Positions 50,641 to 59,785 of a DNA stretch of 64,000 nucleotides are shown here, piece by piece. Under the pieces are notes generated by a model. It searched no databases. It had not been told where the DNA came from and was given only the letters and a program-made list of their open reading frames with translations. A program made the translations under genes and the position numbers. Position 1 is the stretch's first letter. Each line of letters starts with the position of its first letter. Source of the stretch: an uncultured Candidatus Saccharibacteria bacterium (lineage in GTDB: Bacteria > Patescibacteriota > Saccharimonadia > Saccharimonadales > CAZDQS01); the NCBI GenBank assembly GCA_964507855.1, contig CAZDQS010000002.1:91284-155283 (forward strand), read 5' to 3'.

Positions 50641-51285
50641 TTATTTCCTCTGCTCCTTGCGCCATTTCTCTATTTCGGCATGGTTGCCGCTGAGTAGCAC
50701 CTCCGGCACACGCATATTGCGGAATTCTTCCGGGCGGGTATATTGTGGGAACTCTACCGTCTGGTCATCGTCCTGGAATGATTCAATATCCGCCGAAGTC
50801 TCACCACCCAAGACTCCCGGCAGCAGCCGCACGACACTATCGATAATCACCATAGCCGGTAGCTCACCGCCCGTTAGAACATAATTGCCTATGCAATACT
50901 GCTTGTCTATCCATTTCGTGACACGTTCGTCATAGCCCTCGTAACGCGGACAGACAATGATAAGCCCCTTGCCACCTGCAGCAAGAGCCTTGGCCTCGGA
51001 CTGCTTGTACATTTTTCCGCGTGGTGTGGGCAGGATAACAAGCGCCTCGGGATCTTGCGCTTTGGCATACTCAATTGCCGCCACCAGCGGCTCTATCATC
51101 AATAACATGCCGTCGCCACCACCATATGGCGTATCATCAACGGTCTTGCGCGCACCGAGACCAAACTGCCGCAGGTCGACATAGCTGAACTCAACCAGGC
51201 CGCGGTCTTGAGCCTTCCAGAGCATGCTGGCATTCAGCACACCCGGAAACATATCCGGGAAAAGCGTAATAATTTGAACTTTCAT
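50641..51285 (-). CDS. trmD: tRNA (guanine37-N1)-methyltransferase
   Basis: MKVQIITLFPDMFPG...VDDTPYGGGDGMLL...GRYEGYDERV are typical TrmD motifs. Confidence 0.9.
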   Translation of the reverse strand: MKVQIITLFPDMFPGVLNASMLWKAQDRGLVEFSYVDLRQFGLGARKTVDDTPYGGGDGMLLMIEPLVAAIEYAKAQDPEALVILPTPRGKMYKQSEAKALAAGGKGLIIVCPRYEGYDERVTKWIDKQYCIGNYVLTGGELPAMVIIDSVVRLLPGVLGGETSADIESFQDDDQTVEFPQYTRPEEFRNMRVPEVLLSGNHAEIEKWRKEQRK

Positions 51286-51308
51286 CTCTACAATTTTATA
51301 GTACATCT

Positions 51309-51638
51309 ATGGAATTGAAAAACGGCCGGCTGCTCATTGAGCAAGATGAGTACCGGGCAGGCTATTTGGCACATCCCGATGATTTGCCTGACTGGCAGGA
51401 AGCTTGCCACACTACTCCTGATAAAATCCGCGTTCCCTTGCCTAATGGCCTTGCTCAAGCCATCTACTCGATCAGTGTTGAGTTTCTGCCCTCTTTTCTT
51501 AGCTCAATGCAACAGGTGACTGAGCTCGAACAATTGCCACCTCGCCTCCGCCGCTCGGCGGAAAACGACGCCCGGGTCTTAAAGCACTATAAAGCTATCG
51601 CCGACAATGCGCTCTGCCAAGCACAAGAGGCAGCCTAA
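51309..51638 (+). CDS. hypothetical protein
   Basis: 109-aa ORF ending at a bidirectional terminator. Confidence 0.4.
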   Translation: MELKNGRLLIEQDEYRAGYLAHPDDLPDWQEACHTTPDKIRVPLPNGLAQAIYSISVEFLPSFLSSMQQVTELEQLPPRLRRSAENDARVLKHYKAIADNALCQAQEAA

Positions 51639-51640
51639 CA

Positions 51641-51672
51641 AAAAACAGCGCAGGATGTGCGCTGTTTTTTAC
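51641..51672. terminator. bidirectional intrinsic terminator
   Basis: AAAAAA-CAGCGCA-GGATG-TGCGCTG-TTTTTT. Confidence 0.7.
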
Positions 51673-51685
51673 TACTAAAGCCTGT

Positions 51686-52075
51686 CTATACGTCTAGGTC
51701 ATCGAGCTCTTCAAGCTCTTTGCGGGTCCGGCTGACAACGCTACTAGCCTCTTCCTGGTCTTCAGCATTATCATCCGTGCCTACAGCCGTATCATCCGCC
51801 GCGCCGCTAAAGCTGCCGTTTGCCTGACCGTTGTCAACAATTTTGAGGTTGTAGCGAGCGTCATTCTTGGTGCCAAGTGCTCTCAGCAGCGTACGCAGGC
51901 TTTGTGCGGTTGCGCCCCGCTTACCAATCACGCGGCCGAGATCCTCTGGATCTACCGTCAGCTCCAACAGTACGCCTTTTTCATCAATCGTTCGCGTAAC
52001 TTGTACCGCTTCCGGCTTACCGACAAGTGATTTGACGATGTATTCAACAAACTGTTGGTCAATGCTACTGCTCAT
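51686..52075 (-). CDS. KH-domain RNA-binding protein (YlqC/KhpA-like) with an acidic C-terminal extension
   Basis: VEYIVKSLV..PEAV.V......LLELTVDPEDLGRVIGKRGATAQSLRTLL contains the GxxG KH motif. ACGGAG RBS before the ATG at 52075. Confidence 0.8.
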   Translation of the reverse strand: MSSSIDQQFVEYIVKSLVGKPEAVQVTRTIDEKGVLLELTVDPEDLGRVIGKRGATAQSLRTLLRALGTKNDARYNLKIVDNGQANGSFSGAADDTAVGTDDNAEDQEEASSVVSRTRKELEELDDLDV

Positions 52076-52150
52076 GGGATTCTCCGTATTACCTGACGCT
52101 ACCAATTATAGCCTATGCGGGCATATGTCGCAGCTATTTTGCTTGTGGTT

Positions 52151-52555
52151 TTAGCTTTCGCTTGGCTGCTCTTCACTAGCTGCCGGTGCCTCAGCGGGCG
52201 CTTCGGTTGCTTCAGCAGGAGCTTCCACTGGAGCTTCTTCCTGCGGCTGGTTTTTGCGTAGCTTCTCAGGGTTCCTCGTGGTCCGCTGCTTCTTGGATTC
52301 CAGCTTGACCCATTTTGGCAGCTTGACGCCTTCTGCCTTCAGCAGACGGGCGACACGATCAGTTGGCTGGGCGCCATGCTCCACGTAGAAGCTGGCCTTC
52401 TCCTTGTCCAATACTGTTTCTTTTGTGTGTGGGTTAAAGTGACCCAGACTAGCAACAACCTTGCCGCTGGTAGGGGTCCGGCGCGAGTCTTGGACTACGA
52501 CGCGGAATTGAGCGTGGCCTTTGCGGCCGGTACGCTGCATACGAATAACGAGCAT
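52151..52555 (-). CDS. rpsP: 30S ribosomal protein S16 with an extended C-terminus
   Basis: MLVIRMQRTGRKGHAQFRVVVQDSRRTPTSGKVVASLGHFNP. Confidence 0.9.
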   Translation of the reverse strand: MLVIRMQRTGRKGHAQFRVVVQDSRRTPTSGKVVASLGHFNPHTKETVLDKEKASFYVEHGAQPTDRVARLLKAEGVKLPKWVKLESKKQRTTRNPEKLRKNQPQEEAPVEAPAEATEAPAEAPAASEEQPSES

Positions 52556-52593
52556 AAATGCTTCATCCCTTCATTAATTTACTTCAAATGACT

Positions 52594-52622
52594 ATTTTAC
52601 AGATAATCACCTCTGTTGTCAA
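52594..52622 (-). promoter_or_regulatory. rpsP promoter (TTGACA-17-TAAAAT)
   Basis: On the minus strand the -35 is the rc of 52617-52622 and the -10 is the rc of 52594-52599, with a 17-nt spacer. Confidence 0.6.
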
Positions 52623-52648
52623 TAATTGCTATTAGTTTGTTAACATTA

Positions 52649-52677
52649 TTGACAATCTTTGACCTTTAGTGTATTAT
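52649..52677 (+). promoter_or_regulatory. near-consensus promoter of the unassigned RNA (TTGACA-17-TATTAT)
   Basis: -35 at 52649-52654 and -10 at 52672-52677. Back-to-back with the rpsP promoter; both -35 boxes sit in an 11-bp inverted repeat, ATTATTGACAA. Confidence 0.6.
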
Positions 52678-52683
52678 TGCGCT

Positions 52684-53367
52684 AATTGGCAATGAGTTAA
52701 TTGCCAAGTTTTTTAACAAGAACAGGTAGTACTTGGTACTGTGCTCGGAGCGCTTAAAAACTTTAAGCCCTGCAAGCACAGTACCACCGTGCACACGTCC
52801 AGACTAATAGAGACAAGAAGGGAGAGTTACAAGAGCTAGCCAGAGAACCCCGAGTCGAGCTTCAAGCGCGAACTCTTGTTCCTGTCAGCGAACAACCCAT
52901 GGGCCTGGAAAGGACTATGGTGAAGCGAAAACCCTAGTCCGTCACAAGACGGACACACTCACACACGCCGGAGCGGTCAGTGGCAGCTACGACGCTCACA
53001 TCATGAGTACCAGCTGAGCTGACCGCAAGCTGTGGAAGCGACGCTTCCACCCGACGGGCACCTCACCGCCCATCCACCCCCGGGGTGCCCGAAGGTCGTT
53101 AAGACGGAAGTGCTGCACACATCGCAGTTGGATAGCCATCACACCGACCATCACTCCACGCTATCCAATTCGGGTTGAGTCTTCTCCCCGAACACTTCCG
53201 TCCGCTGGGCGAGGGGTGCAGGCAGCAAGCCGCGAAGCGTAACGATGACCCCGGTCATTACTACGCAGCCGCGCTAGCGCCGCATCCCTCGCCCCCTTCA
53301 CTACCTGTTCTTGTTTTACCCAACCTCAATAGAAACTTATCCGTCCGCAATCAGGACGGTTTTTTTG
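52684..53367 (+). ncRNA. large (~0.68 kb) highly structured RNA of unknown class
   Basis: No ORF over 70 aa in any frame; consensus promoter and CCGTCC-7-GGACGG-T7 terminator. At least 8 helices of 7-13 bp (for example 53103-53112 with 53193-53202, and 53207-53219 with 53282-53294). Confidence 0.6.
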
Positions 53368-53386
53368 TTGCTTGCTTTACGTAGAC

Positions 53387-54079
53387 TTAACTATAAAGCT
53401 TCAGAGCTGCTTCGGCGGCGCTTTGCTGGCCGGCCTGCTTGCTCGGTCCAGTTCCTTGGCCCTTTAGTGTACCGTCGACGAAGACACCAACCGTAAAGGT
53501 TTTGTCGTGGTCGGGGCCTTCCTCGTTCAGGACTTTATAAACTGGCGTGAAGCCTTCACGGCTCTGTACCAGTTCCTGCAAGTGCGACTTCGCATCCATC
53601 CAGGAGCCGGTCTTGAGGATTTCCTCAAATGTCACCAGTAGGCTCTCTTGAATAAACCGCTTTGCCTCGTCATAACCCTTATCCAGATACAGTGCGCCAA
53701 TAACCGCCTCGTAGCAGTTAGCCAGGATCTGCGCCCGGGCACGCTCCGTCCCCCGCTTCTCGCCCCGGCTGAGGCGAAGCAGCGGCTCAAACTCATAGCG
53801 GCTGGCAGCCGCACTAATGCTCTCTGTCCGTACCAATGCGCTACGCCAGTTGGTCAATGTACCTTCTGGATCTTCAAAATTATTGTACAAATACTCAGTT
53901 ACCACCAACTCAAGCACAGCGTCACCCAGGAATTCCAGGCGCTCGTTATGCTCGCGGGCCGACTTCTTGTGCTCGTTGATATACGATCGGTGGGTAAATG
54001 CAGTAATAAGCAGCTCAATGTCACCAAACTCAACACCGAGCTTGTCTTTAGCAAATTGTTTGTAAAGGTTAACGTCCAT
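53387..54079 (-). CDS. rnc: ribonuclease III
   Basis: ERLEFLGDAVLELVVTEYLY signature plus a C-terminal dsRBD. Confidence 0.9.
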   Translation of the reverse strand: MDVNLYKQFAKDKLGVEFGDIELLITAFTHRSYINEHKKSAREHNERLEFLGDAVLELVVTEYLYNNFEDPEGTLTNWRSALVRTESISAAASRYEFEPLLRLSRGEKRGTERARAQILANCYEAVIGALYLDKGYDEAKRFIQESLLVTFEEILKTGSWMDAKSHLQELVQSREGFTPVYKVLNEEGPDHDKTFTVGVFVDGTLKGQGTGPSKQAGQQSAAEAALKLYS

Positions 54080-54091
54080 AAATTGTTATAT

Positions 54092-54595
54092 CTAAAGGTT
54101 GTCCTGTCGTATTTTCTTCATGGCCAGCAAAATTATTTTGCCGATATCCTCGTACTCAATTTTATCAAGCGCCTCGGCAGCAGGAAACCACTTAATGCCG
54201 TTCATCCAATCCTCAGGCTTGAGCTTGTCGGTGTCGCCGAGTGCTTTCACGAGGAAAATTTCGGTGCTCATCAGCACCAGGCTGGTCGCGCGCCGATACC
54301 GGAAATTTATCTTGCCAAGCCAGTTAAGGACCTTGACTTGTTGCAGCCCGGTCTCTTCGCGAATCTCGCGCTCGGCGGTTTGCTTGGCGGCCTCGCCTTC
54401 TTCGATGTGGCCTTTCGGGATGGTCCACCGGTCCTTGGCGTCCTGAATAAGCAGGATTTCCGCGCCGCCGTTCTTGCCGCGGCGGAACACAATACCCCCG
54501 GCGGTCGGTTCACGAACCACCTCTTTAATTGTGGGCCGATGTTTGGTGACAAACTTCTTAATACCCTGAATTGGCTTTGGTCTGCGCATTTTCAT
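54092..54595 (-). CDS. NUDIX hydrolase
   Basis: Nudix box GHIEEGEAAKQTAEREIREETGL. Confidence 0.85.
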   Translation of the reverse strand: MKMRRPKPIQGIKKFVTKHRPTIKEVVREPTAGGIVFRRGKNGGAEILLIQDAKDRWTIPKGHIEEGEAAKQTAEREIREETGLQQVKVLNWLGKINFRYRRATSLVLMSTEIFLVKALGDTDKLKPEDWMNGIKWFPAAEALDKIEYEDIGKIILLAMKKIRQDNL

Positions 54596-54601
54596 GATAG
54601 A

Positions 54602-55072
54602 TTAGTTCGCTTTCTTGGGTTCCGAAGAAGTGACTTTTTGGTTTGCTTCTTCACGCTGCCGTAATACTGTACCAAGAACGCCGTTTACAAACTTGGAAGA
54701 ATTCTCACTGCCGAAGGCCTTGGCGAGCTCTACTGCCTCATTGATGACAACCTTGGGCGGCACGGAGTCGACGTACAACAGTTCGTACGCCCCCATCCGC
54801 AGCACCACGCGATCCATGCGGTTGATCTGGGCAAGCGGCCATTCAGGTGCAATTGGTTGCAAGAGCGCGTCCAGCTCGTCCTGTCGGTCAATAACGCCGT
54901 GGACGAGCTGCCGGATATAGTCATGGTCCTCTATCGTATCTTCGTAGCGGCCGATATTGCGTACAAGAACTTTTTCAAGCTCAAAGCCTGTATCTCCACA
55001 CTCTTGACGAAACTCTTGCTCGAAGAGTGTTTGGAGCGCAATAATTCTGCCTAGATGACGATTTGATGCCAT
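54602..55072 (-). CDS. nusB: transcription antitermination factor NusB
   Basis: RIIALQTLFEQEF...INEAVELAKAFG...KFVNGVLG. Confidence 0.85.
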   Translation of the reverse strand: MASNRHLGRIIALQTLFEQEFRQECGDTGFELEKVLVRNIGRYEDTIEDHDYIRQLVHGVIDRQDELDALLQPIAPEWPLAQINRMDRVVLRMGAYELLYVDSVPPKVVINEAVELAKAFGSENSSKFVNGVLGTVLRQREEANQKVTSSEPKKAN

Positions 55073-55130
55073 GTCTTGTTAAATATCCTCTTACACAGTA
55101 TGTATAGTATACGCCACCCTGAGGAATTGT

Positions 55131-55274
55131 TTAGGCATTTTTGCCTGATTCGCGGCGGGTTGTGTACGCCTTTACCGGAGACTTCGCGTTGACAGCACGG
55201 GCAAGCTTAACAACCAGATGGCTGCGGCGTGATCCCGTCCGACGGGGGCTTGTCCGTTTCTTGGGTTTACCCAT
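55131..55274 (-). CDS. rpmF: 50S ribosomal protein L32 (47 aa, Cys-less; absent from the ORF track)
   Basis: MGKPKKRTSPRRTGSRRSHLVVK matches the bL32 N-terminal signature (xVPKrRtSksrrdkRRsH). Confidence 0.7.
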   Translation of the reverse strand: MGKPKKRTSPRRTGSRRSHLVVKLARAVNAKSPVKAYTTRRESGKNA

Positions 55275-55395
55275 AGGTAAGCAATACTCCTGAAAAATTA
55301 ATTGATGAATTTGGTGCTTATTGTACCGGAAAATAATCTTCTATTCAAGGGGTAGGCTATTGACTGAAAATGGGTTTATCAATGTAATATACCTC

Positions 55396-55641
55396 ATGAC
55401 ACGCAAAGAGCTCGAAGGATCCCGCCGCCACTCCAAAGCAATGGAAGCCCTCAAGCGGGTGGTAGACCCGGAAGGCGGCCAACGCCATATAGCCGCCCGC
55501 GAGGTTGTTCTTGCAGTGGGCGAACGGGCGCTGACTGCGCTTATTGCGGCAGTAGAGCCGGCCAGACAAATCAACGAAGGTCACCGCCATTACCAAGAGA
55601 TACTCCCCAGACCAGAGCTCTTCGACCAGGACAAACACTAA
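55396..55641 (+). CDS. hypothetical protein (weak call)
   Basis: The plus-frame ORF looks more protein-like than two overlapping antisense ORFs, but there is no RBS and no motif. Confidence 0.25.
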   Translation: MTRKELEGSRRHSKAMEALKRVVDPEGGQRHIAAREVVLAVGERALTALIAAVEPARQINEGHRHYQEILPRPELFDQDKH

Positions 55642-55647
55642 CGAAAA

Positions 55648-58074
55648 CTAGACAACAAAGTTAACGAGCTTGTTCGGCACGTAGATTGTTTTTCGCGCCT
55701 CTTTGCCGTCCAGATAAGATTTCACTTTTTCATCAGCTTTGGCGGCTGCCACAACCTGCTCTTCATTACTATCGGCAGCTACCTCAATATTAGCCCGTAC
55801 TTTGCCGTTGATCTGTACGACAATCGTCATTGTATCCGAAGCCAAGTATTTACTATCCCATTCTGGCCAATGGTCCTTGTTGACGCTATCCTCGTGCCCT
55901 AACTGTTGCCACAGCTCGTCAGCCGTATGCGGCGCAAATGGCGCTATCAACTGCACCAGACTCTCAATAGCAAATCGCCAGTTTGCGCTGCCCGCCACGC
56001 CGCTCTTCGCCTTGAGCCCATATAGCTCGTTGGTAGCTTTCATCATGGCCGCAATGGCTGTGTTGTACTTTTGATCTTCCAGATCTTCGGTGACTTTCTT
56101 GATGGCCGAATGTATAACACGCAGCGGTGCTTCTGATTCCGACCCCTCGCCAGCCGTCAAGAAGTCTTGTGTTAGATTCCAGACACGGCTCAAGAACCGG
56201 TAGGTGCCCGGTACGCCCTGGGGATCCCAACGGACCCAGAGATCAAGCGGTGCCGCAAACATCAGATACGTACGCAATGCGTCGGCACCATATCCTTGGC
56301 TAATGATCTCTAGCGGGTCAACACCATTGCCCTTGGACTTAGAGAACATTTGACCGTCAGAAGCCGTAACCTTACCGTTAAACAAGAATCGCTTGAACGG
56401 CTCCGGATCATCAATCATACCCAGCTTATGAAAAAAGCGGGTAACGAAGCGGGCATAGATCATGTGCGCGGTGGCATGGTCGCCGCCATTATAGAAATCA
56501 ACCGGCATCCACTTGTTAGCAATATCTGTGCCAAACGGAGCTTTCTCATTGGTCGGATCAAGATAGCGCAAGAAGTACCAGCTGCTGCAGATGTATGTAT
56601 CAAGCGTGTCAGTCTCACGCTGAGCCGGACCGCCACACTGAGGACAGTCGACATGCAGCCAATCAGTGGCACGTGCCAGAGCCGACCGACCATCACCGCT
56701 CGGCTGGAAGTCAGTTAATTCGGGTAGAACCACCGGCAGCTGTTCGTCAGGCACCAGTACAGCGCCATCTTTTTCACAATAAATAATCGGAATTGGTGCG
56801 CCCCAGTAGCGCTGTCGGCTGACACTCCAGTCTCGGATCTTGTAGGTGGTTTTCTCGACTGCAACACCTTTCTTAGCCAGCTCTGCAACAATCTTCTCTC
56901 GTGCATCGCTTGATTTCATACCATCATACTCACCAGAGTTGATCATCAGCCCTTCAGCCGTGCTATCTTCGTCTTCTGTTTGCACAACTTCAATAATTGG
57001 CAGGTCAAACTTCTTAGCAAACTCGTTATCGCGTTCGTCATGGGCTGGGACGGCCATGATAGCACCGGTGCCGTAGCCAGCCAGCACATAATCAGCTATC
57101 CAGATAGGGATTTTCTCATTATTGGCCGGATTGATAGCGTAAGCACCAGTAAAGACACCTGTCTTTTCTTTGCTCGCCTGACGCTCAACTTCTGTCTTTT
57201 TGGTGGCGTCTTTGACATAAGTATCTACCGCCTGTTTCTGCTCGCCAGTGGTAATCTGCTCAACCAGATCATGCTCCGGTGCCAATACCATAAAAGTCAC
57301 ACCGAACAGCGTGTCGGGCCGGGTCGTAAATACCCTTAGCTTGTCTTTGTGGCCATCAATAGCAAAATCAACCTCGGCACCCTTGCTCTTGCCAATCCAA
57401 TTCTTTTGGGCGGTTTTGACGACGTCGGACCAATCAAGTGCGTCGGTAGCCTCCAGCAGCTCATCAGCATAATCAGTAATCTTAAAGAACCACTGCTTGA
57501 CTTCTTTTTTCTCAACAATTGGGTCGTCTGCGCTGTCGTGCCGCCAGCATTTGCCGTCTATGACCTGCTCGTTAGCAAGCACTGTCTGGCACTTCGTGCA
57601 CCACCATTGCATCCGCGCGTCCTGATAAGCTAGACCGTGCTTGTACATTTGAGCAAAAATCCACTGCGTCCACTTGTAATAAACCGGCTCGTGAGTGGAG
57701 ATTTCTTTGCTCCAGTCGTTGCTCCAACCCATGGCTTTGTACTGTGTGTGGTAGTCGGGGATAATCTTGGCCATGCTGGCCTGCGGGCTGACACCGGTTT
57801 TGATGGCGTAATTTTCCGCCGGCAGGCCGAAGGCGTCCCAGCCGACCGGATGATAGCTCTCATACCCTTGCTGCCGCTTGTAACGCGCCATGACATCAGA
57901 GATGGTGTAATTCATAGCATGGCCGATATGGATACCGGCCCCAGACGGATAATTAAACATGCTCATGGCAAAATACTTGGGCTTGTCGCTGTTTAAATCA
58001 GCCTGATACGTCTGACGTTCGTCCCAGATTTTTTGCCATTTCGGCTCAATTTCTTTCGGATTGTATCGTTTCAT
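55648..58074 (-). CDS. leuS: leucyl-tRNA synthetase
   Basis: MKRYNPKEIEPKWQKIW, HIGH-type motif (GAGIHIGHAMNY) and KMSKS-type motif (QMFSKSKGN). Confidence 0.95.
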   Translation of the reverse strand: MKRYNPKEIEPKWQKIWDERQTYQADLNSDKPKYFAMSMFNYPSGAGIHIGHAMNYTISDVMARYKRQQGYESYHPVGWDAFGLPAENYAIKTGVSPQASMAKIIPDYHTQYKAMGWSNDWSKEISTHEPVYYKWTQWIFAQMYKHGLAYQDARMQWWCTKCQTVLANEQVIDGKCWRHDSADDPIVEKKEVKQWFFKITDYADELLEATDALDWSDVVKTAQKNWIGKSKGAEVDFAIDGHKDKLRVFTTRPDTLFGVTFMVLAPEHDLVEQITTGEQKQAVDTYVKDATKKTEVERQASKEKTGVFTGAYAINPANNEKIPIWIADYVLAGYGTGAIMAVPAHDERDNEFAKKFDLPIIEVVQTEDEDSTAEGLMINSGEYDGMKSSDAREKIVAELAKKGVAVEKTTYKIRDWSVSRQRYWGAPIPIIYCEKDGAVLVPDEQLPVVLPELTDFQPSGDGRSALARATDWLHVDCPQCGGPAQRETDTLDTYICSSWYFLRYLDPTNEKAPFGTDIANKWMPVDFYNGGDHATAHMIYARFVTRFFHKLGMIDDPEPFKRFLFNGKVTASDGQMFSKSKGNGVDPLEIISQGYGADALRTYLMFAAPLDLWVRWDPQGVPGTYRFLSRVWNLTQDFLTAGEGSESEAPLRVIHSAIKKVTEDLEDQKYNTAIAAMMKATNELYGLKAKSGVAGSANWRFAIESLVQLIAPFAPHTADELWQQLGHEDSVNKDHWPEWDSKYLASDTMTIVVQINGKVRANIEVAADSNEEQVVAAAKADEKVKSYLDGKEARKTIYVPNKLVNFVV

Positions 58075-58151
58075 AATCAAATACACAGTACCACAACAGA
58101 GGTGAGACTACAATAAACTGACCTGTGTGTATTTTGTGAACCGCGTTTCAT

Positions 58152-58979
58152 TTAGGCGGCATTCGGGTCAACACGCCGAGTCAGCACACCTTCTTGTTCC
58201 AGCTCCTGTATCTCATCGTATGTGAGCGGTGTCGCTGTTTCCTGCTTCGATGGTGCGGTATCTAAGTGCGCCGGGTTAGCAAAATGCACGATCATAAGTC
58301 GACCGGTTTCTTTCGGTACAGTCCGTCTTGGCATGACGACATCATGCCACGTTGGGACGTATTCGGTAGTTAATCCAAGCAGCTTATGCAGATTTAGCCA
58401 CGCCCTCCCTAAAAACATTACGGGCTGGTGCGGATCACGATTGTATGCAGCTAAGTCTGTAGGTGATGTACCAAGACGCAGACCTTCCTCCGACTCACAT
58501 ATTGCTACTGTGATATCACTTTGATCATAGTGGCCAGCTGCAATAACCGTACCCTCCTCGGCATTATCGTAAAGCCCGAACCGTGTGTGATGGTTGTTGT
58601 CACCATTCGGCGGGTAGTGCACAGACGCCAAAAGTGGATGCCAGTCTTTCAGCGCCTGGCGAATTCCCCGTAGAGCAATATAGTGCACTTCTCCTGCAAT
58701 CGACATAAACTGCCTTGCTTCTGTGGGAAGAGGAGAGCCAGCGATATGTTCAGCCAATGCGTCAGTGTAATGAAAGATTTGTTTTTTGTCCTTGAGTGTT
58801 TTGCGCACATAGCCGGACTTAGTATTCCGCTCTCGCCCTGGTAATCCTTCAAAAACTATCAGTGATTTTTGTCTTTCAGGCAATTGCGTAAACTGAAAGA
58901 AAGCATCCATAGCCAGTTTCTGGTCATTTGGTGTTAACCCAAGATCAGCCTCTGCTGCAAATGTTTCAAGTTTATTCAT
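58152..58979 (-). CDS. hypothetical protein, possible 2OG-Fe(II) oxygenase-like fold
   Basis: 275 aa. GHYDQSD (H-x-D) and a later WHDV His suggest a facial-triad fold. Tentative. Confidence 0.4.
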   Translation of the reverse strand: MNKLETFAAEADLGLTPNDQKLAMDAFFQFTQLPERQKSLIVFEGLPGRERNTKSGYVRKTLKDKKQIFHYTDALAEHIAGSPLPTEARQFMSIAGEVHYIALRGIRQALKDWHPLLASVHYPPNGDNNHHTRFGLYDNAEEGTVIAAGHYDQSDITVAICESEEGLRLGTSPTDLAAYNRDPHQPVMFLGRAWLNLHKLLGLTTEYVPTWHDVVMPRRTVPKETGRLMIVHFANPAHLDTAPSKQETATPLTYDEIQELEQEGVLTRRVDPNAA

Positions 58980-59042
58980 TATGTACCCTCCTTATGTATT
59001 TATTCTGCGCGGAGGAATTCTTAGCTTCCAGATAGTTTGTAG

Positions 59043-59068
59043 TTGAGTGAAATATATTTGAGTGAAAT
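59043..59068. promoter_or_regulatory. direct repeat TTGAGTGAAAT x2 in a divergent intergenic region (candidate operator)
   Basis: Copies at 59043-59053 and 59058-59068, 45 nt upstream of the wHTH regulator gene. Confidence 0.35.
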
Positions 59069-59111
59069 TCTTTTGCTTGCAGCCGCCGTCTAGTAGCCAT
59101 AGAGTAGACAC

Positions 59112-59777
59112 ATGCACCATATACAGCGCCATATCCTCCTTAACCTGATGCGCAACCCAAGCCTGCGCTACAAAGACCTAAAGCCGCATTCAGCCGATCC
59201 GAACCTATTCATGTATCACCTCAAGCAGCTGCAGCGCGAAAAATTAGTTACGAAACTTAGTGAAGGCAATTACACCTTGAGCCCCAAGGGTAAGCTCGAG
59301 GCCGATCGCCGACAACTTGAAGACGATTCACTTGCCGTCTATGAACAGCCAAGATTGGTTATACTCCTTGCGATCCATGACATGGCTAAGGGCTGGCTGC
59401 TTCACACGAGAGCTGTGCAGCCCGTCATCAACATGACTGGGTTCTTGCACGCCAATGTGGAACTAGGTCATTCCGTGACAGAGATCGCACGTGAACGCAT
59501 GAAGCATCTTATGGGATTAGACGGAACATTTGAGTACCGTGGTAGTGCAACAGTTAGCATGTATCGCGACACCGACTTAGAGAGTTATGTCCATGCCCTC
59601 ATGCTGTATTGCGAATCACCAAAAGGGAAGCTAATAGAAAATACCGAGATCGGCCGTAATGGATGGTTCCAGGAGAAAGACTTCACCCAAAGGCACGTGT
59701 TGCCAAGCACACCTGTTCTCGCTGAACTGTTGAATAAGCAAGAATTTTTTTTCACTGAGCTGTCATTCCAGCTATAA
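59112..59777 (+). CDS. winged-helix transcriptional regulator with an unknown C-terminal domain
   Basis: N-terminal HILLNLMRNPSLRYKDLKP...FMYHLKQLQREKLVTK resembles MarR/ArsR-type wHTH domains. Confidence 0.55.
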   Translation: MHHIQRHILLNLMRNPSLRYKDLKPHSADPNLFMYHLKQLQREKLVTKLSEGNYTLSPKGKLEADRRQLEDDSLAVYEQPRLVILLAIHDMAKGWLLHTRAVQPVINMTGFLHANVELGHSVTEIARERMKHLMGLDGTFEYRGSATVSMYRDTDLESYVHALMLYCESPKGKLIENTEIGRNGWFQEKDFTQRHVLPSTPVLAELLNKQEFFFTELSFQL

Positions 59778-59785
59778 GAGAACTG

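Noticed and set aside
50144-50884. A 246-aa plus-strand ORF lies across the trmD/hypothetical gene junction. Similar long antisense ORFs occur at 62118-62942 (opposite murF) and 19999-20757 (opposite the 650-aa virion gene).
   Set aside because: All lie opposite genes with clear motifs or better coding character, and they lack RBSs. They are interpreted as shadow ORFs.
52684-53367. I tested whether the large structured RNA is RNase P RNA, tmRNA, SRP RNA, 6S RNA or a group I/II intron remnant.
   Set aside because: None of the universally conserved motifs I know for these families is present, and the size does not fit SRP or 6S. This is a by-eye exclusion only and needs cmscan.
53648-54664. 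A 338-aa plus-strand ORF spans the rnc and NUDIX genes.
   Set aside because: It is antisense to two genes with unmistakable signatures (ERLEFLGDAVLE and the Nudix box). Its translation is low-complexity and Leu/Arg/Val-rich, typical of shadow ORFs.
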